Origin: the human T2T-CHM13v2.0 reference genome, Homo sapiens
Length of the DNA: 64,000 nt
Assembly (NCBI RefSeq): GCF_009914755.1
Contig: NC_060927.1
Reading direction: 5' to 3' (one strand)
This document shows positions 52,571 to 64,000 of this stretch, piece after piece. Below the pieces are notes generated by a model, which did no database searches, was not told the DNA's origin, and was given only the letters and a program-made list of their open reading frames with translations. Position 1 is the stretch's first letter, and the number at the start of each line of letters is the position of its first letter. Both the position numbers and the translations under genes were made by a program.

Positions 52571-55500
52571 ACTAATTAACAGGGCAGTTATATTCTCTTA
52601 AATGTTGTTACTGTTCACCTGTGTGTTGTTACAATTGTTTTGTTTGGTCTTAAACTAGAGGGAAATTGTCAAACAGTTTCTAAATATTCTGTGTAGCACT
52701 ACCTTCCTAGGTTAGCACTAATTTTTCTAGTACGATTCTGTTGAACTGAAGGAAGGTTTTCCTATCACTCCTTTTAGCTGTTTCTCCTTGGAGGGCAAAT
52801 GCTGCCTACCAAAATTTGAAAAATGTCTATAGCTTGTTTCCTTGTGGAAGGGCAAGAAAACTACAAAAGTCAGAATTCTCTTTCGTATTTTCTTCTTCTT
52901 AATTTGAGTTATTCTGCTTGCATAGTGATGGGGGTGGTGATGAGGATAAATTGCCCTTGACTACCTTAGAATGCAATTTTCATGAGGATGAATTTGACAG
53001 CGGTGTCAGGGAGAAGCCTAATCTTCTGGTTTTTCTGGCAAGTGAAGCTTCTCAGACTCTTGTCTAATGGATATAAAATAGGGTAAACCTTTCTCTGTCT
53101 TGTGGTTAAAAAAAGTCTTTTTTTTTTCTTTCCCAGACCCTGGAGCATACTTCATTTGTTTTCCTCCAGGAGAATGTCATATTATTAAGTTGATATTCTT
53201 ATTTACTGAAGCTGGTCTATTTTCATCTCTTCTGTTTTAGCTGTCCAATAATAGTTCTACAATAATAGAGAAAGAACTATGGCTCCATTAAATAACAACC
53301 TTCATAATCAAGAGAACAAGACACTGCCGTCTATGCAGTGGGAGAAGGAGGGCAATCATGCTAAGGCTGACCAGGAAGAAGTCGCTGTAGCCAGGTGAGG
53401 GAGGATTTGAATGAGAGGGAAATACTCGCTATGTTTCTTCTTCTGATATGGCTGCAATGTAAGGTGAATTAGCATGAGAATTGTCAGAGAGTTGGAGAGA
53501 TAAGATTTGCTAATTAGCTGGGTATGGAGTAAGGGAGGAATGAACTCAGCTTTCCAGGCTAGGCTTACTGGATTTGTACAAAGGAGAGGTTTAGATATAA
53601 AGATAATGAGATAAATGTTAGATATTATATCCCAGAAGAACTACCCCTGTACTCAAGACAGCTGCGCTTTGAAGAGCGAAAAACATAAAACACAGTCCCA
53701 GAAATAAATACAAGGCTGTTTAAATGTTCTCAGAAGTTCTGCCTACACATGCATTAGAGTTTCAAGAAGGTAACATAATACCCCATTGATGGCTCTGTAG
53801 AGGGGATTTACTCTGAAATTCACATAGAGAAACAACTTTTTTATTCCTCTGAAAACTAGGGTTAAACTACAGGAATAGTCCCAAAGTTTCTGCGCCCTAA
53901 AAGGAGTTGAATCCTAAAAAGGGGAGCAGACAATAAGTGCAATACCAATGAAATTGACTCAGAAAAGCCCTGGTGGGGTGGGGAGGTGGGAAGTGTTTGA
54001 GAGTCAGTTTAATTGGAACAGGCAGAACAAGAAAGCTAGGAATGAAGATAAGTCTGCAATGATAGATTAGAGTCATAATGGAGAAATCTTTGAATGCCAC
54101 AATGAAGACTCTAAATAGTGTAAGTAATAAGAGTTTTAATCACAGAATTGAAGTTTAAGAGAGCCATTGGACTAGAGATGTGCATTTTAGAAAGCTTCAT
54201 GATAGCAGTGGTTTAAAGTTATATCCACATGGAAATAAGAATTGAAGGCATAAGAAAAAACATGGTTATTTGGAGAATAAATAAGTACTTGTGTGTGTGC
54301 ACACGTACACATGCCATTTCTCCAACCACATCCATGTAACACATATGGTATTTTGGGAAAATCATAACACAAATGGACTATGGTGGACTACTCAGCTACT
54401 CATAGATTAGGAATATGCCTGTGTGTTGACCTAGTGGCAAGAGGTAAGATATTTATTTACTTGTTTGTTCGTTTAAAATAGTCACACTCCTAGCATACCT
54501 AGAATTTATTGCCTCTGTTTTAAAAAAAAAAAAAAAACTTTCTTTCTTAGGGTAATCTTAAATACAGAAAATGTAAGGCAAATCACATAAGACATATGAA
54601 GCAACAAAGAAGAAACACTGCATATCTTCAGAGAAGACTAGTAAGATCATCAAATTCAGAATATGTTTCTAAGGGGAAATTTATAAAAGATAAATGAGGC
54701 ACTTTAAAATCAAAGTTAAAATTACCCTTAATTTTTGAATTAGTTGAATCAGATTTTTAATACATACATAATCAAATTCCATACTATAATTTAGGTCTCT
54801 AGACAGCTCCATTTACTTTCAGGTCAAAAGATTAGAGCAGGAGGTAGAATAGTTTAAAGCACTGACATAGTAATTAAAGGACTCTGGTGAACTGAAGAGT
54901 GAGTGCAACTTCCAAAAGAATGTACGTTATTTAAAGCACAAAGACAATCTACTAAAAATGCTGAAACAATTATTATGTTAGAAAATAGTTTACTCTAAGT
55001 TGCATTTTATTCTTCATTTTAGGTTATTACTCATCTGAGCGGAATTTTATATTATTAAAAAATAATTTCCTTTTCTTCATATGAAATCCATAATTTCTTA
55101 ATATAAATTTCAAATCACTAACAGCCCAATTTACCTTTCCAGCTTAATTATTATTTAAAGAAAACCAATTTTTATAACAAAAACATTATAAGAACAATAA
55201 AACCTGCCTTTTTTTTCTTTTTTGAGAAAGTGAAAGAGAGAAAGACAGAGAGAAGGACATTCCCTTGAATTCCATTAAGTGATTCCCAGGGAATGAAAAA
55301 GAAAACTTAGTGATGGAAAAGGCAGGCAGTTTCCTAAAGGTGTAACACATGGGCACTGCTCAGAAAGGGTAGACACACTGGTGAGGAGCCACAACAGAGG
55401 CGGCATGAAAAAAGAGTTACTGAGATTAGAGTTTATTGATACCAGAATTTACTAAAAGGGGAACTCATGCCAGACTCAGAGTATTCTGAGAAAATAAAGT

Positions 55501-56919
55501 AGTGGCCAAAAGAGGCCATATTGCAGAATTAAAGTGGAGATTTTAAACAATGACTTACACTAACATTATCATTCAGAATATGAATTTGGATCTGCTCCGT
55601 TTTTCATGTAAGTTTCCAATTTTTTTCTCAGCAACAGAACAAACAAATACAGCCAAAATCCTTCTGCAGATTGCAAGTTAATAAATTTGAAAAATTTGCT
55701 TTATAATTTAGGAATTTTTTTCTAACTGCAAATTGATGAATCCCTACCTTGCTTCTGCAATAAAATAAGAGGCTATAAAGCTAATTTTTCCATTCTCTGT
55801 ACTTGTATGAAAATACTGCCAGAAAGGAAATCATAAGCCAGAAAACCACACTGTGTAACTTGAAGGGTGCCAAGATATTCCACTAACGAATTTAAAACAG
55901 AAAAGGAAAAGCAGCCCCTGTGTTAATCTCCAGGCTATTCACCATTTTGAAAAAGTAAACTAAAATGTGAAAAGGAGGAAGATATTTGACCCCTTCTAAG
56001 AAAGGCAGCACCATCTTCAATTCTCTGTAGCTGCTTTTGCTTTAAATGAGTTTTTACTTGTAATTATTTGTTTATCTCTGCCCTGTACAGTTAAAACTTT
56101 AATTATTCATGTGGAAATCCGTCCTATAATAAATGATTCTAAGAAAGAAGAGAAGCAAGTATAAATAAAATGTTTCTTGGATTTAAGAAGGCATGACCTT
56201 GTCCCAGTTTCTCACTTCTAAGGGTGAAAATAATGACATCAAACTATTTTTGTCTCGACTATATAGAGAGTATTAATATAAGGTCAAAAACATATTCTAT
56301 TCAACTATTTAAATATATAAGAAAAGTTTCAATGTAAAAGACAGGGTCCAAGATAAAACATGGCCAGGTCTAGAACAAAACTAAAATATATTTAGCTAGC
56401 TTTTTAAATTTTAAAATCATAAAAAGGTCAATGGTGACAGTCGACAATTAAGCTGACCAAACTCACTTTTGAATTATGTCCTGTTTTTGGTAAATCTCAA
56501 GGGTCACCACTCTTTTGAAAAGAGTAGTATTCTCTCTCTCTTCCTTGTAAATGGCCAATCTACTATAGTATAGCCTTTCAAAATTAAGTATTTTCACATT
56601 CAGATTACCTTCCCTTGATATCCAAGATAAAAAGGTAACAATGGCCAGTAGGATGGAATTTTGTGTGCCCAGTATAAAGAGACATTATAAGAGCCAAAGT
56701 ATAATAAATAGGAGAAAACTCGCTAATTCCCAATAAAGCCATGGAGGCTTGATGAACTGCTCAATGGACCAAACAGTACCTCACTTGAGAGATTAGAGTT
56801 ATTTACATTGGGATGAGGATTGATCCAAGCAGAAATAAGACCTCCAATAAATACATCTGCTAGTCTGGATCTTATATTGTATTAAGTGTTTTACAATATT
56901 GGATTGTGATCATTGACCA

Positions 56920-57170
56920 ATTTGGTGACATTATAGCATAAAGGTTAAAAGGAGATTCCAGAGACCATTTCCTGGATTTGCATTCAGGCGTCATGATTAC
57001 TATTACGAACAAGAGCAAGGAATTTAACTTCTTGGAACTTCATTTTACTACAGGTAAGATAAAACAAATTACCTTTCTTGATGGCTATGAGAATGATATG
57101 AGCTGTTACATAAAAGGGCCTAGCACATAACCTGTAACTTTTACATGATAACTCTCATCATTACTACATA
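56920..57170 (+). mobile_element. MIR
   Basis: tatagcataaaggttaa...cctggatttgcattc...agcaaggaatttaacttc...cctagcacataacctg. Confidence 0.6.
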
Positions 57171-57809
57171 ACTAAAATCTCTGATAACATAATTTAATGC
57201 TTATTTATAGATCTACTATAATATATCCAACTCACTGTCAGTTTTAGAACATTTATGCTATATCCAGGTTTTCACTGTTGTAAATATTACTGCAGTTAAT
57301 CCCATGGTTTCATTGCTGGTTAGTTGCTCAAGGTAAATTCCTAGAATTAGAATTATTAACTCAAATAAAATGACATCTTTAAATATTTTTATATTTACCC
57401 TTATGTTGCTTTCTTAGAAAGAGAAGTAAATTTAAACTTTTATCAGTTCTCTTTCTTGTGTTATCACTAGGAATATTTCCTTTAACGCCCTCAAAATCTG
57501 GAAGTGAAAATTATATACGCTGTTTTCATTTGTAGAACTTTTATGATTGATAAGCTTCGACAGCTTTATAATTTTACTTCCCATTTTTCTATTAAAATAT
57601 AATTTTATCCACTCATTTTTAATTAACTTTTTTGATTTGTAAGTACAATTTTATATTAAAGATTTTATTTCTACTATTTAAATATATTTGTTTCAGTGTT
57701 TAATTTTGTTTATGAAGTTTTTGATGTTATAAGTCATTAAATTTTATGAAAAATTTATCAATCTTTTCCTTTGTAGTATCATACGATGAATTGAATCATA
57801 TGATACTAC

Positions 57810-57952
57810 GAAGGTTGAATTGAATAAGGAATGACTAGAAGCAAGCAACCCAGGTTATTGTAATAGGCAATAGAGAAGATGAAATCAGGGGTACGACCAG
57901 AGACAGAAGAAAGGAGAAAAAGGAAGCAGAATTTCTGCAAAAGAATAAATAG
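57810..57952 (+). repeat. Dispersed direct duplicate of 61808-61961
   Basis: Hand alignment gives about 21 substitutions over ~143 bp plus one 10-bp and one 1-bp gap (~85% identity). Confidence 0.92.
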
Positions 57953-59170
57953 TATTTATTCTTAAAGTCTTTACTATATCCAGATATAAATTATTACATG
58001 AATGCTAATACTTTTATCTTTATATTAAACACTTTAATTCAAGTTTACTTAAATGATACAGAGTGAAACACAAAACGGTAATTTGATTTTATGTGAGTGT
58101 GATTCTTTTTCTCTCCTTGACATGGAATGCTTACAAAAACTTCTGATTAGGTTGCTTTTTGGGTTAATATTTCCAGTATTCTACTACTTTAATAAATGTG
58201 GTTTCATAGTGTGTTTTCGTTCCTAGTACAGCAAGTCTCACTTTGTTTTTATTTATTTTTAAATACTATCACATATACTTACCTATTTATTCATTCAGCT
58301 AAATTTTGTTTTAAGCTAAATCCAGGCAAAGACAAAGACTGGTGGAAAAAGTCAAGGAAAAAATATTTCTAAACGTAAAGATGTAAACTCGAAAGAATTT
58401 TACATTTAGCTTGTATGTATAAGCTTGTAATATTAATTCTGATTAAAGCTATGATGTAGAGGAGTGGAGAAAAAGAAGATAATATTCACGCTTTGCTCTC
58501 ATCTCATGCTTTGCTCTCCTATTACGACACAAATCTAGTACTTTTAAAAACTTCAAAAACGCAGATGAAGCTACAATAAATTGAGCCAATTTTTACTATT
58601 ATGAACTCTGTCAAGCCATGAAATCAGAGTTTCTAGGAGTACTGCTATACACCTACAATTTTGTCAAGTGGCATACTTGCCTTTATTCTGATGAAGAATG
58701 TTCAGTCTTCATTGAGGCTACACAAAGTAGCCTCAGTTTATGCATTATGCAACAAGACAACACTTGGAGGCATTAGAATCCTACAATTATTATTTCCTCC
58801 GAATCGACCACCACTTTGGACTGCTGTGCTGGAAGTCTTCACACTACCTACTCACTTTCTAATAACTCAATCGGGCAAAATTGCCTAAGTTCATAGGGAC
58901 TCTATTAATTCATCATGTATGGAATTTGAGCCTCTTCCCTTTGTATTATGATACTCGTTTGGCTTGTGCCGATACTGTTCTGATAATCATCTTCCCTCTT
59001 CAGAAACACTGAGGAAAAAAATAGATATGCACAGTAATCTGTGAGTAAAAATTCAATTAAGTCAACTTTCATAAGCACTTCCTATTTTGAAATCACACCA
59101 TTAGAGCATGAAGATACAAAATTAAACAAAACTGTGTTCAAAATACTCCGAAACCCCATAGTCTCACTAA

Positions 59171-60193
<1,023 letters not shown>

Positions 60194-60827
60194 AAGATGT
60201 AGATATAACATTTTTAAAAAAATACAACATGGACTGTAGAAAAATTAAATTATGAATAAATTTCTATTCTGGTGTGGGAGAAATTCAATGAAGAATATGG
60301 TGTAGATGTCACATTTAACATGTTTTTAAAAAAGATATTACAAAACAGACAACTCAAGAATTTTATGGTTAAGGGAAAAAAATAACTTAAGCTAAGGCAA
60401 AGTGATACAAGTGTATAATTCATAATAACCCAAAGGTAAAACAGATGATGAGTAGCAGGAAATCATCTATAAAGATAGGGCAGAGTCAGAATATCCTCAA
60501 CGGCTGTTACTACAGAAAGTGATTTTAAAAATTTCTTATAAACCAAAAACAAAATGGCATAAGCAAAAATGGGAATTTGTTATCCTTCATAACTAAAAAC
60601 TCCAGCATTAATTCTCTCCTTAGAATAGTTGGATTCAAAGGTGGAAAAGATATCCTCAGGACCCTACCTCTTCTATTCACTTCTTGGTTTGCTTCTTCAT
60701 TTTGGCTCTCTTCTCAGTTATCCTATTGCTTTGGGTATGAAGCTCTGCATAAGTTCTGATCTGCATTTGTTGCAGATTCCAGTCCTTCTGGAAATGGCAG
60801 TGCTTCTCACTCTGAGTTACTCTAGCT

Positions 60828-61506
60828 CAGTGGTTCTCAAGATTTTTTTCATTATAATTCCCCTAAAGACACTTTACTTTTTTAAACTGTTTTAAATTTT
60901 TAATTTTTTATTTCCATAGGTTTTTGGAGAACAGGTGGCAGTTGGTTATATGAGTAAGTTCTTTGATGGTGATTTGTGAGATTTTGGTGCACCCACCACC
61001 CAAGCAGGATATACTGAACCCAATTTGTAGTATTTTATCCCTCATCCCCTTCCTACCCTTTCCCCACTGAGTCCCCAAAGTCTATCGTATCATTCTTATG
61101 CCTTTGCACCCTCATAGCTTAGCTCCCACTTATGAGTGAGAACATTTGATGTTTGGTTTTCCATTCCTGAGTTACTTCATTTAGAATAATAGTCTCCAAT
61201 CCCATCCAGATTGCAGTGAATGCCATTAATTCATTCCTTTTTATGGCTTAGTATTCCATCATATATATATTTATGCCACAGTTTATTTGTCTATTCATTG
61301 ACGGATGGGCATTTGGGTTAACACATTTTTTCCCTAATTTTCTTCTACCCAGGATATTAAGGAATAAGATTGTTTCACGTAGGGTTGAGCAGCAGGGTTG
61401 CACTCTGGCAGCCCGCAAATCATTGTCATATTTAAGATTTTCTTTACCCTTCAAGAACAAATTTCTACTTTCTTGGGAGTGATATCATCCCCATTGAGAA
61501 TGCATG
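60828..61506. mobile_element. hAT-Charlie MITE (MER112/MER20B-like) split by an L1PB
   Basis: Ends cagtggttctcaa and ttgagaatgcatg; 8-bp TSD ctctagct (60820-60827) / ctctagtt (61507-61514). Confidence 0.72.
60880..61319 (-). mobile_element. L1PB 3' end, 5'-truncated
   Basis: ttatttccataggtttttggagaacaggtgg...gattttggtgcaccc...tcattcttatgcctttgcaccctcatagcttagctccc. Confidence 0.9.
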
Positions 61507-61559
61507 CTCTAGTTTAAGTTTGAGTAGACCTAGAGCAGAGTGGCTTTAATTGCATTTTA

Positions 61560-62420
61560 TCTTTATACCAAACATCCTGGTCATATTAATTGACTAGGCC
61601 TGGACTATGTGGTTTCCTGGAGGTCAGGACAGGGTCAGCCCCCCAAAAAACCAAACAGATGGTAGAGGGATTGTGCAACAAATGGAAATGTGTAGTACTA
61701 TGATCAAGGGGAAAATGAATGGATGTGGAGTAAGGGTTAAGAAAATATGGGCCCATCACATGTAGGTCTTGAAGAAAGCACCCATGTTTATGCAAAGCAC
61801 TCATGATGAAGGCTGAATTGAGTAAAGAATGACTAGAGGCACAAAACCCAGGTTATCGTGATAGGTAATATTCACAAATAGAGAACGTAAAATCAGGGGT
61901 ACAGCCAGAGACAAAGGAAAGGAGAAAAAATGAAGCAGGACTTCTGCAAAAGAAGAAATAGGATTTGGGAAGGCAGAAGCCACAGCATCTTAGTAGAGTG
62001 GATGGGAATGTCATTAACGAAGACAAGTCAGACTAGGTGAATGCAAGTTTGGGAAACAATGACTTGTTTTATAGATATTTTAATTGCCCTTTGGACCTTC
62101 AGGCAGAGATGAACATGGAGAAGTTGGTTTATTAAGAGATACATCAAGGTTAATGTCTAAAATAGGTAGACGCTGACCTACGGATGGTATTTTCAACCTT
62201 GGAAGAGGATGAGCTACGCAGAGAATAGATTACACAGTTTATGTTACACAAAGACAGAACCTTGAGAAAACTATTTGGGAAGAGATAAAGAAAACTGTTA
62301 AAGAAAGATGAGTGAGAGGAGTGGCATGGCTGGGGAAAACATAAATTCAAAACGGAAGGAGTTATGTCACTGACAATAGTGTTAAACACAGAAGACATTT
62401 GAGCTAAAACAAGATATTAA
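61560..62420 (-). mobile_element. L2 fragment (contains the putative donor 61808-61961)
   Basis: Purine-rich antisense L2-like motifs (atgtaggtcttgaag, gtggatgggaatgtcattaac, ggtattttcaacc). Confidence 0.55.
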
Positions 62421-62423
62421 ATG

Positions 62424-63160
62424 TGAAACCACCTGTCTGCAAAGATTATGACTGCGACAGAAGTCTACCATGGCTGACTCCATCTTGCCTCACAGGCTGG
62501 CTGTTCTCAGTCATTCCCAGGAAAAAGCCAAGCTCACCATGGGAGGAATTTAGTTTATAGTTTAACTTTAAAGCAAGGATGATAATAGCCCCTCCCTAAA
62601 ACTGATCCCCTCCTTGTTCAGAGACTGAATCTGCCTTTGTAAGACTAATGAAAGGCCACAAGATTAGGATTATAGGAAGGGTCTGAATTCTGCTAAAAAG
62701 TAGGCATAGTTCCTATAATCCCTTACTGCTACAGTCATGTAGCCAGAGGTCACAAGATGTGTGACTTCCCAGTTGCTCTGATAACATTACTATTGTCAAA
62801 CCTAAGATTGGTCTCCTGAGATGTTTTTCAGGCTTCACATTCTGACAACTCACTGACCCCACCCTGCATCTGTGACTCATAACTCAATTGGTCCTGTGGC
62901 CCCCTCACCCGGAAGTGGACTAAGTGCAGGAGGATGGTTTTCCACACTCCTGTGATTTCATCCCAAAGCAATCAGCAGCACACATTCCCTACTGCCTGCC
63001 AACCAAATTTTCCATAAAAAACCCCAGCCTTTAGTTCTCAGGGAGGCAGATTTGAGTATTATTAAACTCCTGTCCTAAATCTTGGCTGGCCTTGTGTTAA
63101 TCACTTTACCACAATAACGCTGTCTCAGTGATTTGGGTTTATCTGTGTGGCAGGCAATTA
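62424..63160 (+). mobile_element. LTR8-family (LTR8A/8B-like) ERV1 solo LTR
   Basis: tgaaacc...catggctgactccatcttgc...gggaggaatttagtttatagtttaac...ccagaggtcacaagat...caatcagcagca...ttgagt; 3' end degenerate. Confidence 0.85.
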
Positions 63161-63359
63161 ATAATAAAGTAGGTCTTTCTTTAATGACCACAGATAGGAA
63201 TATTTTAATTTATAGGTTGCACTAATCTGATTAGGCAATAAACAAATAAAACAGTTGAGACAAAAAAGGTAAATTTTTCCCCAAAAACTTTGATGGTAGA
63301 AGGAAAAAGTGTGACAATACAGGAGCTATAAGCTTAAATGCATTTCCTTTGAAGTCAAC

Positions 63360-63540
63360 TTTGAAGTTTGGCCTGTGTTTGAGTCCCATTTTTGACACTT
63401 AATGATTTTGAGCAACTTATTCAGATTCCCTAAAACTCAGCTTGATCATCTATTAATGGGATTAATAATAGTATTTACCATACAGAGTTATATTGATAAT
63501 CAATTAAATAATGTTTTGTCTACACAGCTACCAAGTCAGC
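63360..63540 (+). mobile_element. MIR
   Basis: cctgtgtttgagtccc...ttgagcaacttatt...ctcag...catctattaatgggattaataatagtatttacc. Confidence 0.65.
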
Positions 63541-63582
63541 TTTTGGTGTTTGAAACTTCTAAGGAAGTTTTAGACAAGGGAA

Positions 63583-63774
63583 TATTGGGGTTCAGAAAGT
63601 GATACCCCAAAGACTGGCATTTTGACATGCTGAGAATTCTTAGAAGCTGCCTCAAAATCAAGGTCTCTCTAACCTTGTCTTGCCTCCTACCCTTCACCAA
63701 GTGCAGGAAGGGGCTCAGTCTGGAACTTCCTTAGCTGACCAAGAAAGCTTCTTTCCAAAAGAAATGCAATTGTC
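63583..63774 (+). mobile_element. MER4-group ERV1 LTR 5' part (MER39/MER34-like), interrupted by an Alu
   Basis: tattggggttcagaaagtgataccccaaa...ttttgacatgctga...aaggtctctct. Confidence 0.65.
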
Positions 63775-64000
63775 GGTGGGGAGCAGTGACTCACCCCTGA
63801 AATCCGAACACTTTGGGAGGCCGAGGTGGGCGGATTACCTGAGGTCAGGAGCTCCAGACCAGCCTGACCAACATGGAGAAACCCCTTCTCTACTAAAAAT
63901 ACAAAATTAGCCGGGCATGGTGGCATGCACCTGTAATTCCAGCTACTCAGGAGGCTGGGGCAGAAGAATCACTTGAACCTGGGAGGCAGAGGTTGCAGTG
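63775..64000 (+). mobile_element. AluSp-like, runs off the window end
   Basis: cctgaccaacatggagaaacccc diagnostic; left arm, linker and part of the right arm. Confidence 0.92.

Noticed and set aside
58487-58520. Short tandem duplication ca(c/t)gctttgctctc x2 (similar small ones at ~7430-7480 and ~32095-32135)
   Set aside because: Ordinary slippage-scale duplications with no further structure.

Overview
AT-rich, repeat-dense primate (human-like) non-coding DNA, either intronic or intergenic. I find no credible protein-coding gene, RNA gene or CpG island; the recognisable ORFs are decayed transposon proteins (L1 ORF1/ORF2, hAT and Tigger transposase remnants) and the rest look like Alu/microsatellite or chance ORFs. 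Content: four Alus, young and old LINE-1s, L2/MIR relics, ERV/MaLR LTRs (MLT2A, LTR33, MLT1, LTR8-type, MER4-group) and DNA transposon fossils (MER44, Charlie1a, MER20, MER5A, MER58A, Tigger5/MER47, MER115, MER112-like). Subfamily names come from my recollection of consensus sequences, not from a database search. I see no new multi-gene system. The most interesting signals are DNA-repair and retrotransposition scars: a ~143-bp segment copied from ~4 kb away with a fold-back hairpin at its junction (57773-57952 vs 61808-61961); an unassigned ~410-bp insertion without a target-site duplication (TSD) inside an old L1 5'UTR (37081-37492); a short 3' transduction behind a small L1PA (32258-32525); a twin-primed, 5'-inverted L1PB (25855-30166); a micro-inversion/triplication in MER44; and a perfect 28-bp palindrome at 19064.
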